Shown here: positions 13,735 through 26,589 of the stretch, piece by piece
Layout of the letters: each line of letters begins with the position of its first letter
How positions within the stretch are numbered: position 1 is the first letter of the stretch
Assembly (NCBI RefSeq): GCF_009834535.1
Contig: NC_045697.1
Location: forward strand, 80,726,001-80,790,000
Length of the DNA stretch: 64,000 bases
From: Camelus ferus
Taxonomy: Eukaryota
Direction: 5' to 3'
Program-made: the position numbers and the translations under genes
Notes under the pieces: model-generated
Database searches by the model: none
Told to the model about the DNA's origin: nothing
What the model saw: only the letters and a program-made list of their open reading frames with translations

Positions 13735-14232
13735 TGGAATAGACATACAATGGAATATTCATGATAAAAAAGAAGGGAATCCTGCCATTTGTGACAACAG
13801 GATGAAACTTAAGAGCGTTATGCCAAGGAAATGTCAGACAAAGATACTGTTTGGTGTTACTTATATGTGGACTCTAAAAAACATAGATAGAGTAGATTGG
13901 AGCTGGGGATGGGGGAAATAAGATGTTGGTCAAAGGGTAATGAACTTCCAGTTGTAAAATAAATAAGTTGTTAGGATCCAATGTACAGTGTGGTGACTAT
14001 AGTTAACAATACTAGATTGAATACTTGAAAGTTGCTAAGAGAAGAGATCTTAAATGTTTTTATCACACACAAGCACACAAAGGTAATTATGTGTGATGAT
14101 AACTAATCGTAACTAATCTTACTGTGGTAACAGTTTCACAAAATATTTGTATATCAGATCATCATGTTATACACCTTAAACTTACAGAGTGTTGTATGTC
14201 AGTTATATTCAGTAAAGCTGGAGGAAGGGAGA
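13735..14232 (+). mobile_element. 5'-truncated L1 (L1MA-like ORF2 end and 3'UTR)
   Basis: ATACAATGGAATATT, ATCCTGCCATTTGTGACAACA, TACTTGAAAGTTGCTAAGAGA, ACACCTTAAACTTACA, AGTAAAGCTGG. Confidence 0.9.
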
Positions 14233-15279
14233 AAAATGTGCCTTTTAATAATACTCATAATTCATAGGAGAAAATAAGAGTAATATGCAACCATACTAAT
14301 TTAAACAAATAAGGAAGGATAAGGAAGAAGTCATAGCAACAGGCTTTAGACTGTGAGCAAGAAGAAAATTTCACAAAGATTAAAAAATCTACATATGACT
14401 AATAGATCAAATGAAGAATTAAATAATATAGTAGTAGAAACCTAAAACACCCATAAATGCAAAGTGGTTTTAGGAGGTAGAAGATTCAGGATTTGGCTTA
14501 TTTGATAAAATGAATTATATTGATAATTACATATATACATTTCATCTGGCATTTATTCATGGATTGATAATTCCTATACATTAGTAATATGAAAAATAAT
14601 ACTAAGCATAAAAATTACATTTTGCAATTATGGATACCATATCCACTATGTTTAAATAGCAGGGAGAATAATTATGATCATATATTTTAGACAACCTTTT
14701 GTTTGTGGGTGGTTTTATTGTTTATAATAATGGTTGTATTTCCATGGTGTTGACATTGGGGTGATACACTCTCTCTTTATTCAACCTCACGTGTCAGGAG
14801 CGGGGGATGGTGGTCTGCCCTGCTTGTAGCTGCCTCATTTTGGTTAAACATTGTGGGGATACAGCTTGTTTCCCCCATGAGTCTCCTGAGAAAAATAAAA
14901 TAGTTTCTTATTTTGGGGGAATAAATACAGTGATGCTAGGTTGCTCTCAAATTTTAATAGTAAAATGGGACATTAATTAATATAAAAAAGGGAAGAAAAA
15001 ATACTCAGCAATCCCATATATGTACCCCATGCTTACAATTTGATCTTTTTAAAAAATTCAATTATTTATTCCTTTTTACTTATATCCTACCTAGTCTGGA
15101 ATAGATTAGAAATATTCTATCAATTAAGAACATAAATTAATTAAAAATTAAAAGTACTTTAATGAAATCATTAGAATACGAATATAAAAGGATCAGTAGC
15201 CACATGGTGAAGAGAGGAGATGGTCTTCTAGATCAAAATCAATTAGGCAAAAAAAAAAAAAAAATGCAAATCACCATTT

Positions 15280-15465
15280 TAAACACTATACATTTACTCA
15301 CCCATTTAAGCTTCTCAACCACCCTACAAAGCAGGTATTGTCATCCTTATCCCAATTTTAGGGACCAGAATACTGAGGCACAGCAAAGTTAAATGACTTT
15401 CTATCACATAGCTGACAAGTGGAGTGCCAGGATTCCAACTGAAGATAGTAGCATGTCTTTAGAGC
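15280..15465 (-). mobile_element. MIR SINE
   Basis: TCTCAACCACCCTACAAAGCAGGTATT...CCCAATTTTA...ACTGAGGCACAG...GTTAAATGACTT. Confidence 0.75.
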
Positions 15466-15499
15466 ATCCCCCACCCCCAATGAATGCCATATCCCAAGG

Positions 15500-16840
15500 A
15501 TATAGAACAAAACTTATTAGAATAAGTGAACTGGGGCAGATATATTCAAATTAAAATTATTTCAAATGACCAGTTACCTCTACTGGCCTTGCCCTAAAAC
15601 AGTCTTAAGTAGATGACTAGCCCAGATGAAATAACTACTTAAGTAATGAGCTCAAGCATAAGCAAGGAGTTACATATGATACTACAAAATGAAAGGAAGA
15701 AAAGAAAATGAACTAAAGATTAAATAAAAAGAAAGATTAATGAGAACATACATTTAAAATTGAAAATGATTTCTAATAAGAGATAATAATCAAAGAAGAC
15801 ACGAATGGACTAGATGAAAGAACAGATAATAGGAGAGAGTGAAAGATGATCTCCCAGATGTTGGAAAATAATAAAAGTTACAGTAAGGGCATCACAAAAA
15901 TAGAAGTCATCTTAAAAGCAGAAAAAATAGAATTAAATCTGCTGAAAAATTGTTAAGGAAATGGAGGAATTTTGTAAATTGTCATTGTTATTTAAATATA
16001 GAAAATAAAAATGATTACAGATGAATTGATGTGTATGAAAGATAGACAAAATGTATTCAATTTATGCTTTTTTTCCCTAAAGAAAGCAAAGCAAAGCAAA
16101 AAAAAAAAAAAAAGCAATAAGACAGTTAACTGTATTATAAAAGGAGCATTTTTGAAATAAGACAAGTTGTGTTCCAGGAAAAACTGATAAAGAGAAACTA
16201 ATCCCTGGAAATACCTTGATGAAATTGTCACACCTCAAGGAGAGAGTTTATACAAAAAAATGGTGAGGCAGTTATGAAGGGAAAAGCAGACTGGCCCCAG
16301 ACTTCTTCAGTGCTAGAAGATGGGGTGATTAGTCTAGAAAACACAGTGGAAAGAAATGGCAATCAAATAATTATATAACTAAACAAGCTATTATTCCAAT
16401 ATAGACAACAGACGTTATGAAACACAAAAGAACTTAAGACATTTAGCACTTGTATCATTATTGAATGTAAAAATACAATACTTGATGGCAAAATTAATCA
16501 GGACTTGCATCGAAATAAGTAACTAAAATGATGAAGTCACAATATAAATGAAGAAGTGAAAAAGGCATTGATAACTCTTAAATTTTGGATGAAGGCCAAA
16601 CTTACAGAAATTGTGGTTTGTGGAACAAACTATTGTATTATGAACATTAAAATGTAAAATGATTGACTAATGAAAATTTGGAACTGTGTGACAGATGATT
16701 AGAACAAAGCATAAATGCAATTCATTTTCTTCTGTGTCAGGAATTCAAAGGGATTCTAATTTATAAATAAATACATAGGTAAGTATATTAGACAGAGTTA
16801 CAAAGAGTAACTCTGAAGGAACCAAAAACAGCCTCTAAGA
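15500..16840 (+). mobile_element. Ancient L1 (L1ME-like) ORF1 region, host of nested insertions
   Basis: A-rich decayed ORF1 motifs such as CAGACTGGCCCCAGACTTCTTCAGTGCTAGAAGA (RL..DFS...ARRQW-like); continues at 20395-21070 and 23380-24500. Confidence 0.55.
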
Positions 16841-16849
16841 ATTGACTTG

Positions 16850-19800
16850 GTACCGGCATACTTTGGATGAGAACAAGAAAGTACAAAAGAGCTTAGTGGC
16901 CTTTGGCAGCACCAGAGAACTTATAATACTGCAGATAGAAGTGAGCTGCCTGCTGTGATGGAGCAGGGAGTGGGGTGGGGGTGGGGGGAGACCACTTTGC
17001 AGCTTATCCATGGGAGAAAAAGAGAAAAGCAGACCAAGTGTCCAATGTTCGGACTTTACCGGGAGTTGCCCAAGGGTCTAGTTTCTGACCTGACTCTGGA
17101 ATGAGGAACCGACATGCTTTGTAAGCATGGAGGCCATTGAGAACAAAAGAGTAGCTTGTGGTAGTGCCAGAGAACCTGCAGTACTACAGAAAGACACCAG
17201 GTGAAGTAAGAGATGACCAGCTCCTGACAAAGAAACTGTCCAGACTCTCCAGTTTGGAAGCTAAATGCCCAAGCCCAGAGACAGTGCATGTCCACAAAGG
17301 GTGTGAGAGGCCCCCAGAATCTTTAGCTGGGCTGACTGGTGAAGGTATTTTCCTCTATGAAGCCAGTTCATAAAGACTGGGAAAGATGGGTGTTTTTCCA
17401 AACACAAAATCCAACAAAATATAACAGGACACATGAAGAAGCAGAAAAACATGGCCTAGTCAAAGAAACCAAGTAAATTTTCAGAAACTGACCTTACAGA
17501 AACAGAGATATATGAATTACCTGACAAGTATTGCATATAATTTTCTTAAAGAAGCTCAATATACCACAGGGAACATGGATAGACAACTAAGCAAATCAGG
17601 GTAATTACACATTCACAAAATGAGAATTATCAGCAAAGAGATAAAAGCTATAAAATAGAACCAAACAGAAAGTCTAGAACTAAAGAATATTTAATTCCCA
17701 TGGTAACCATATAAAGAAAATACCTATAGAATTTGCACAAAAGAAAATGAGAAAGGAATCAAAGCACGCCACTACAGAAAAATCAATAAAACACAAAGGT
17801 AGCAAGAGGGGAAAATAGGTACAAAATAACTGTAAGACAAACAGAAGACAATTAACAAAATGGCAATAGTAAGTTCTTTGCTATCAGTAATCACTTTAAA
17901 TGTAAATAGATCAGACTCCTCAATCAAAAGACAGTGGCTAAATGGATTTAAAAATAAAACAAGGTCCAGCTATATGCTGCTTAAAAGAGACTCACTTTAG
18001 ATATAAGAATGAAAACAGGCTGAAAGTGAAAGGCTGGAAAAAGATACTTCATACAAATAGTAATCGAAAGAGAGCAGAAGTGGCCATACTTACATCAGAC
18101 AAAATAGATTTTAAGTCAAAAACTGTCATAGCAAAGATACTATATAATGATAGTATCAGTACAGTAGGAAGATATAACAATTATAAATTGTTATATATGC
18201 ATCTAACAGCAGAGTACCCAAATATATGAAGCGAACACTGACAGACTTGAAAGGAGAAATAGATAGTAAAATGACAATAGTAAGAGATTTCAATATTCCA
18301 CTTTCAATTAGGGATAGATCAACCAGACAGAAGATTAACAAGGAAACAACTTGAGGACTGAAGCAACACCATAGACCAATTAGACGTGACAGACATGTAC
18401 AGAGCACTCTACACAAAGACAGCAGAACAAACATTCTTCTCAAGCATATGTGGGACAATTTCCAGGATGGATCGTGTGTTAAGTCACAAAACTAATCTCA
18501 ACACATGTAAGAATATTGAAATCATACCATGTGATCCTTTCCAATCACAGTGAATAATACTAGAAATCAATATCAAAGTAAAATTGGAAAATTCGCAAAT
18601 ATATGAGAATTAAACAACACACTTTTGAACAACCAATGGGTCAAAGAAGAATCATGAGGAAAATTAAAAAATATCTGAAGACAAATGAAAATAAAAATAC
18701 AGCATATCAAAACTTAGGGGATATCGCAAAAGAAGTATTAAGAGGAAGTTTATACTGGTAAATACATTAAAAAAGAAGAAAGATCTTAAATAAACAACCA
18801 AACTTTACACATCAGGCAACTAGAAAATGAAGAGCTAACTAAACCCAATGTCAGAAGGAATGAAATAATAAATAACAGCATAGAAATTGTAAGAAAATAG
18901 AAAAAAATCAATAAACCTAAGAGTTGTTTCCTTGAAAAAATCAGCAAAATTGACAAACTCTTAAGGTAATCTAAGAAAAATAGTATACTACTGGCATAAA
19001 GAAAACACATTGGCCAATGGAACAACATACAGAACCCAGAAGTAAATTCTCACGTGTATGGTTAAATGATCTTTGGAAAATTGCTGACACTATCAACGGA
19101 GAAAAGATAGTCTCTTCCATAAACAGTGATGGGAAAATTGGATATCCACATGTAAAAAAATGAAGTTGAGTTCTTACCTTATATTATATGCAACAATTAA
19201 CTTATAATTGATTAAAGACTTAAACATGAGACCTGAACTAAAGAACTCTTAGAAGAAAACATAGGGAAAATCTTCATGATATTAAATTTAGCAGTGATTT
19301 CTTGGATATGACACCAAAACTACAGGAAACAAAAGCAAAAACAGGCATATGGAGCCACATAAAACTTAAAAAATTCTGTGCAGCAAAGAAAATAATCAGC
19401 AGGGTGAAAAGGCAACCTCTGGAGTGGGAGAAAGTATTTGCAAACCATATATCTGATAAGGGATTATATCCAGAATATATAAAGAACCTTCCGTAACTCA
19501 AAAACAAGCAAACAAAAATTTCATTTAAAAATGGGCAAAGAACTTGAATAAACATTTCTCCAAAGAAGAAATACAAATGTTCAGTAATCATAGGTAAAGA
19601 TAATCAACATCACTAATCATTAGGAAAATTAAAGTCTAAACCATAGTTTGATTTCACCTCACACCAGTTAGGATGACATTATTAAAAAACAGACAATAAC
19701 AAGTGTTGATGAGGATGTGGAGAAGCCAGAACCATTGTGCAGTGTTTGTGGGGATGTAAAATAGTGCAGTCATTATGGAAAACAGTATGAAGTTTCCTCA

Positions 19801-20390
19801 AAAAATTACAAATACAACTACCATAAGATCCAGCAATCCCACTTCTGGATTATTATCCCCCCCAAAATTGAAATCAAGATCTTGAAGAAATATTAGCACC
19901 CCCATGTTTATTCCAACATTATTAATAGATGCCAAAGTGTGGAAACAACTTAAATATCCATAGGCAGATGAATGGATAAAGAAAAGATGTTAGATACAAT
20001 AGGATATCATTTAGTCTTAAGAAGAAAGGAAATACTGCCACATATGACTACATGAATAAACTGCAGATATTACACTAAGTAAAATAAGCCAGTCATAAAA
20101 AGACAAATACTAGATTAATATTTATAACTCTATTTATATCAAGTATTTAGAATAGTCAAACTCTTATAAATAGAAAGTAAAATGGTGGTTGCCAGGGGCT
20201 TGGGGGAAAGGAAAACGTGGAACTGTTGTTGAGTGGACATAGATTTTCAGTTTTATAAAATGAAACAGTTCTAGAGACCTGTTGCACAACAATGGACAAA
20301 ATAGATACCACTACTTCTAATTTAAAATGGTTAATAAGGTTAGGGAGATATATTTTATGTTATGTGGTTTTTATCACAATAAAAAAACAT
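16850..20390 (+). mobile_element. Internally deleted L1 (L1MB-like): 5'UTR, ORF1 start, ORF2 endonuclease, ORF2 C-terminus, 3'UTR
   Basis: ORF2 ATG ~17860. ORF track gives ICCLKETHFRYKNENRLKVKGWKKI...AEVAILTSDKIDFK (APE endonuclease) and MTPKLQETKAK...IKLKKFCAAK...WEKVFANHISDKGL (C-terminal). Ends AATAAAAAAA ~20388. Many stops and frameshifts. Confidence 0.92.
16966..16988 (+). other. G-quadruplex motif
   Basis: GGG AGT GGGG T GGGGG T GGGGGG: four G-runs with short loops. Confidence 0.6.
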
Positions 20391-20394
20391 TTAA

Positions 20395-21070
20395 GGATTA
20401 TCAAATGGAGAACACATACTAATACACATATACCTCAAAGAAAATGAAAACCAAATGAGAAAATAAAGAAAATGAATAAAGCATTTAACACTGAATATAT
20501 AAAGTAAGATAACAAAATTAAGGTAAAACTATTTGTTGTTTTAAGTTTTAAAATGATATAAACATATTTTTAAAAAGAAATATTCTCTGAATCAAAATCA
20601 ATATCTGATTACCATATAAAAAAGTACATCTACAATAAAATAGTTGAGAAAAAATTGAAAGCAAAAGGATGTGCAAAAGCATTCTAAGCAAATGCAAACA
20701 CAAATAAATTAGCAATGAAGATACTTTTCACAAAGTAAAAATGAAGATTAAAATATCTTACAAGTGGTCCTGAAAACAAACTGTGAAGATCTTGCTTGAT
20801 CATTCATCCAGTTAATAACATAGCCTCAAATTTCATAAATCAAAAACTAGATAAAATACAAGGCAAAAAATCCATAGAAAAACAACAGTTACATGAAACT
20901 TAATCACATGAGCCCATGATGAACAAACAGACACTATGAATATAGAAGAGCAAATAAGCATGAATAATAAAGTAGATTTTAGAGAGGCATATTTATTTAT
21001 GTACTTGGATATTTCAAAAGCAGAAAACTGACCGCTTTAGGCCACAAAAATAAAGACCAAAGAGTTGAAA
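20395..21070 (+). mobile_element. Ancient L1 ORF2 endonuclease remnant (continuation of host L1)
   Basis: TTGAAAGCAAAAGGATGTGCAAAAGCATTCTAAGCAAATGCAAAC is a decayed LKVKGW..IYQAN motif. Confidence 0.6.
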
Positions 21071-21074
21071 TAGG

Positions 21075-23380
21075 ACGTTTTATTTTCATCAACTCATTCA
21101 TTTTAACGGCTGCAGACGATTTCATGAAATGGCTCATTTACTAATTATTCAATCATTTTTCAATTGCTGGGCATTCTGTTTCCAACCATCCTCTTCCCCC
21201 AAATCACTGCCAAGTTTATACAGTGCTGTAGTGAACAGCTACTATTTTTTTTCTAGTATTTTCGTTGGATTCTTTCTTAGAGTTTCTACCTCTCCACTGA
21301 AGTTTACTCAGGAGGCAGTTTTTTCAGGGCTCTCATTAGGTGAGAACTGTGTAAATGAAACCCACAAGAGGATATTGGCTCCCCCTATGTCTGGGCCAGC
21401 ATTTATAAGCATTATGTAGCTAATAATCAATCAAGTAGCTAATGGCCATTTTCCAAAATGATTGAACCAATTTATTATCACTCTTAAATTTTAACCTAGT
21501 TGGTCATGATAAGAGTTATATATCACTATTACTTTAATTATTGTTTCCCTGGCTACTTACGAGATGAGCATATATTTTTAATCCTTTTTATTAGTTCTGC
21601 TGGACACTTTCTATTAATCTCTTTGACCTGTTTTTCTACTAGCTTTCTTTTGTTTTCATTTCATAAAGGACTTTTTATTATAAGATTAAACTCTGTGTGT
21701 GTAATAAGCATCCTTGAAATATTTTGCAATCTATTCCTGGTCTATTGCTTTTGTTTATATCTGAAGTGATGCAGAAGTTATCAATTTTATATAGTCAGTA
21801 TATCTATCTAGGATGTCTGTCTTTAGCACTTCTGTTTTACTGGTCTTAGTTGGAAGTCTCCCTGATGTCTAGGTTACATATGTATAATCTCCTAAATTTT
21901 CTTTTCTTTTCTTTTTAAATTTACTTTTTAAATAACATTTTATGTTTAAATTTTAATATATTGGAATTGATTTTTTAAATGGTGTATGATAGGATCTTTA
22001 TTTTTTCCAGGCAGAGAGCCAGTAGTAGTAGCACTATTTATACATAAACCATCTTTTGCTAACTGAATTGAAATTATTACTTCATCATAGATTACATCTA
22101 TGTGTCTGTGTGGGGATGTGTCTACATGGGGATGTGTCTGTGTATTTATTTCAGTGGATATATTTGGTCTTTTTTTCCTTCATATCAGTAACATACAGAT
22201 TTTAAATTTAAAGTAATTCTATTCAATTAATAATCATTTGGGATTTTAATTAAATGTATATTAAATTTTTATGTTATTGAAAGTAAAACAAATGCTTGCC
22301 TTCGCAGCCCAGAAAATAAAATACACTTTCTTATTTAAGCCTCTTAATAAGATTTATAATTTTAAAATATATACACCTTTATGCCAATTGTTAAATGTAT
22401 TTTATATTTTTCTTTTGTTATTGTGAATGAACCTAAATTTAAAAAAATTTTGACCTGGATATTGCTCCTTTAGAGAAAAGTTAATGTTTTCTACAAATGT
22501 ACCTTATATCAGACATTTTCCAACATTTTCTTATTCAGTAGTTTTGATTTTTGTTGTATTATTTTTGCTAGAAGTTATTGGATTTTTCTAAGTATAATAG
22601 CAATATATTCTGTAAGGAGCACAAACAAAATCCCACTTCAATAGCTTTAGGCTAGAAGGAAAATTAATTTCCACAGACAAAATGAGTTTCGTACATAGAA
22701 GAGATCTGACATTGTTTAGTTAAGTGACACAAGGATGTGGGTTCTTTACCTCCCAGTGTTGCCTGTCACTGTGTCAGCTTCCTCTCAGCTAGCAACTCTC
22801 GTTATTACAAGATGACTGCACGGTTTCTTGTGTCACACAGTGATATTCCTATTAGAGTAATACACAGAGCACACATCATGGGAGAAACCTTCTCAAGACT
22901 GAGAAAATTACTTTCCCAAATATTGCCAGCAGATTTCTGATCGTGTCTAATTGTTGACACTTGTGTTACATGCCTCTACCAAAACCAGTAGCTGATCATG
23001 CAGATGGAACCCCATGACTGACTTAGACCAATAGGACTTAACCATGAGTATCAAGGAAATGGGAGGTTACCAAGTAAGACTAGTTTTTTAGCAAAAAAAG
23101 TGGTAGGAGTGACTATTCGGCACCTGCCAAACTTTACATGTTGTCAGTAGAATTCGTTTTATTTACTTTTGGCCAATTATGTATAAGAATAAGTTTTTCA
23201 CTTGGCCTATTAAATTTGCTGGAATAGCCTAAAGATGTTGAATGTAAATGGTGATGGTAAGCACCCTCTGTTCTTTCTGTTTTTAATAACTTCAGCATTT
23301 TACCAACTTGCATGAGCTTTGCTGGGTTTTTTTCCGTCATAATTTTAAATAGTTTTCTTCTATTCATACTTTAGCAAAAG
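21075..23380 (-). mobile_element. Ancient antisense L1 (L1ME-like), interrupted by an MLT1 LTR
   Basis: T-rich antisense L1 motifs TTTTCCAAAATGATTGAACCAATTTA, GATGCAGAAGTT, CACTATTTAT, AGCATTTTACCA. Confidence 0.7.
22611..23130 (-). mobile_element. Old MaLR LTR (MLT1J/K/L-like)
   Basis: Begins TGTAAGGAGCACAAACAAAATCCCACTTCAATAGCTTTAGG; contains CAAGATGACTGC and CCATGACTGACTTAGACCAAT. Confidence 0.55.
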
Positions 23381-24500
23381 TAAAAGCTACTAATTCAATA
23401 GAAAACAAGAGCAACAAAGAGTATAAAAAATAATTAAATCTAAGAAAAGAATCCTTGAAAGACTATAAAGGTAAGTGATTTTTCTCTTGCTGCTGATCAG
23501 GGAAAAGGACTTAAAAATATTTGAATAAATAAAAGACACACCTAATATTTGGATAATAGTTTTTAATGCTGTAAAGATGTGAATTCTTCCTAATTTAATC
23601 TATAAAATGTGTCATCCTGATAAAACAAGAGATTTTTTTTAAAACTTGATATGATGATATTAATGATTAACTGGAATAGTAGATATAGGAGAATAGGCAG
23701 GAAACCTTTGAAAGCTGAGTAAAGGAGCTGTCTGGAGCTAGCCTTCCCAGAGAATAAAGCTTTAAATTAAGCTTGAGCCATTAAAGCAGTGTGGTACTGA
23801 CTCATGATTACACAGACAGAAAGGCAGAAAAGAAATAGGCTTAAAGACACATAGAAATTTGGAATATAACAAAACTATTTCATACTAGACATGTAAAGAT
23901 GAGTTACTTAATAATTATAAAATTATTGTGAAAATTTACAAGGTGTTAAGAAAAAGATAAGCAGATTATACACTTAATTCCATATATGTGATACAATTGC
24001 AGATAGAAGAAAGATGTAAATTTTTTTTTTTAAAGACCATAGCACACACTATAGAATGCTAGTTTTATGTTTAGGTAATTTTTTTAGGAAGTGGAGTGAT
24101 TTTGAATAATATAAAAAAAAACCCAAGTTCACAAAGCTAAGAAATAACTGACAAATTATATTAAGTATTTTAAAATTATATAGCAAAAAAGTCCTTAAAA
24201 GAGTCAAAAGACAGCTGTAAAATTAGAAAAATTATTTGTCACTCACTTTACAGGAAAGACATGTTGATGTATAATTTTTGAAAAATTAATAAGATGACAT
24301 ATACAAGTATAAAATGAGTATCTCAAACATTTAATTAACTCGTTAATGAAATTGCAAAGTTTTTAAGAATCGTATTTGACATTAGGTAATTTCCTAGTAT
24401 AAAAATAAACTCTTAAAAATCAGAAAGGAAGCAAGACCCAATGAAAAAATTATGCAATGAACATTGAAGACAGTTGACAGGATAACTTAATATCCAAAAA
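23380..24500 (+). mobile_element. Ancient L1 ORF2 remnant (third piece of host L1)
   Basis: TGTAAAGATGTGAATTCTTCCTAATTTAATCTATAAA (VKM.ILP.LIY) and ATTAAAGCAGTGTGGTACTG (IKTVWYW). Confidence 0.7.
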
Positions 24501-25386
24501 TATTATTAAGAATATTATGACAATGAATAGGGACAAAGAATACATGTAACAAATTCACTAAAATTTGAATTTTACTGAAACTTACAGAGAAATTTTATTA
24601 TCCACATTTTAGAAGAAACTTGGTCAAGTCTCTGGATAGCTGACTTTAAAGGAAATTTTAAAAATTGGTTATTCCAAATAAATTACCTTAAAATTCTTCA
24701 ATTCTAGACCTCCATTCTGTTTTTTTTTTTTGCAAGTTTCTGTGCAAACATTTTGCTAATATAACAGTGATATTTTTTTCAGATTTTTAAGCTTTAAAAG
24801 GATTGTTGGCACTCTTGTGGTATCCCAAAGAATAATTATCAACTTTCTTTATCCTTTGTTCTTGTATAAAATAAAATAATTCCCAGTAAAAGCTTATTCT
24901 CATTTTCTAAAGATAATGATTGATGTGTATAAACTGAAGTTTGTGAAAATATTTTAACAGTATTGTATTTTAGTTCATGAAGAATTATAAAACAAGATAA
25001 AATTATCACATATACCTATATTCATAGGATCTGGGAAGTTTCCAGTGAACCTCTTTTAATTATAAATTGAAAAGGTTTATTTCACTTTTTTTCTAGTGAA
25101 ACTAATACATGCCCATAAACAAAGCAAGACAGAATATAAATTTACTTAAAGTTATGGCTGTCATTATAAGCATCATTGAGAAAGACCCTCAGCAATATCT
25201 CTCTGATATTTAGATATCTGTTTAATAGCAATCTCAAAACTGGAGATTTAAGGAGTGTCTTTTATAGTTGAATGTAGATCTTTTGTGTCTGTCTCAATTC
25301 TCCTCTCTCACCTTAGAAGAATTCCAAGAATGGAATTCTAAGGATAAAAAATATACACCCTTAAATTTTTATATATTACCGACTCT

Positions 25387-25880
25387 TTCTTAGTGTAGGT
25401 TCTCTTGAATGTTAAACATGAGACAGAGGACTGGGTCTAGAAAGGTAATTTGGAAATACGATCCCAGGAAGTAGGAGTCCAGCACAGGGTAATGAAACAT
25501 GGAAGGAGGGAAACATGAAACAGTCATGTATTATTGAATGTCCACCACTTCAGGCACAGGTGCTAAATTTCCTGGCACCTTATGAGGAACTGTAGGAAAT
25601 GATTCTTAGTGCTGTCTGCCCAGGGAATAAGTTTCATCTTTTCTCCATTGGTCAGGGTGGCCCCTCAGGCATTAACTCCGTCTTGCTTGCAGGCTGCTCT
25701 GAGAAAGTTCTCACTGAAAACCCTCACCAGAGCATCACACAAGCCCTATGTCCTGAAGCAAGAGAGAGACAGTAAGGCTTGAGGCAAAGGGCTGTTGATT
25801 GTACATGAACAAAAGCAGGTAGCAGCGTCAAGAGTGAGAGGTGGAGTTGAGAGGAATTTCAAGTAGGGTAGAAATGTCCA
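25387..25880 (-). mobile_element. Solo LTR, LTR33-like (ERVL)
   Basis: TCTTAG...GGTTCTC...TGAGACAGAGGACTGGG...GGTAATTTGGAAATACGATCCCAGGAAG is the antisense LTR33/LTR16 3' end. Confidence 0.65.
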
Positions 25881-26249
25881 ATAAAACTGGCAGCTTTGCT
25901 TTCAGAAAAGTTATTCTAATTTAGATTTCTACCAGCAGAGTGGACACAGTCATGTGTGCATACACATACATATGTGCATGCAAACTGAGTAATATTATCC
26001 TGATATAAATACATAAGAGATGGCCTAAATAAACTACTATAAAATATAAATGTATGTTTCACTCATCTTTATTAATCCAGTTAGCAATGATCTAGTGGGT
26101 CTGTCTCATGCTGTATTACAGGAATTGCTGTAGATGCAAAAATGATAGAATGACCTTTATTCCTCTTCTTTTCTTGACTGCCTCCTGCTTGTCCATCTAG
26201 TTACCTTAATCATCGTCTTCTCCAGTACATCACAGTGTATTTTCATTGT

Positions 26250-26520
26250 CATCGGAAAAAGAGATGAATTAACAGACAGTTAAAATGGCAATGATAAGTA
26301 CTTAGAGGCACATATATGAGGAATATTAGAGGATCTGATGCTTGATCACTGTGTTGAAGGATGGTTGAGTAGAGATTATCCAGTGAAATGAAACTTGAGG
26401 AGTAATAGATGCTTGAAGCAAAAGAAGCAGAATGTACAAAAGCCTTGAGGTGAGAAAACATGGAAATTTGAGCAAATAGCAAATAGGAACTGAATACCAT
26501 AATACAATAAGAAATAAAGA
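26250..26520 (-). mobile_element. L2 fragment
   Basis: TGAAACTTGAGGAGTAATAG...AATGTACAAAAGCCTTGAGGTGAGAAA. Confidence 0.5.
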
Positions 26521-26589
26521 CCAGCATTCAAGATCTATAAATATTTCAGGAGAAAAAAATGTGTAAGAGAAAACTAATAAATCAGAAAC

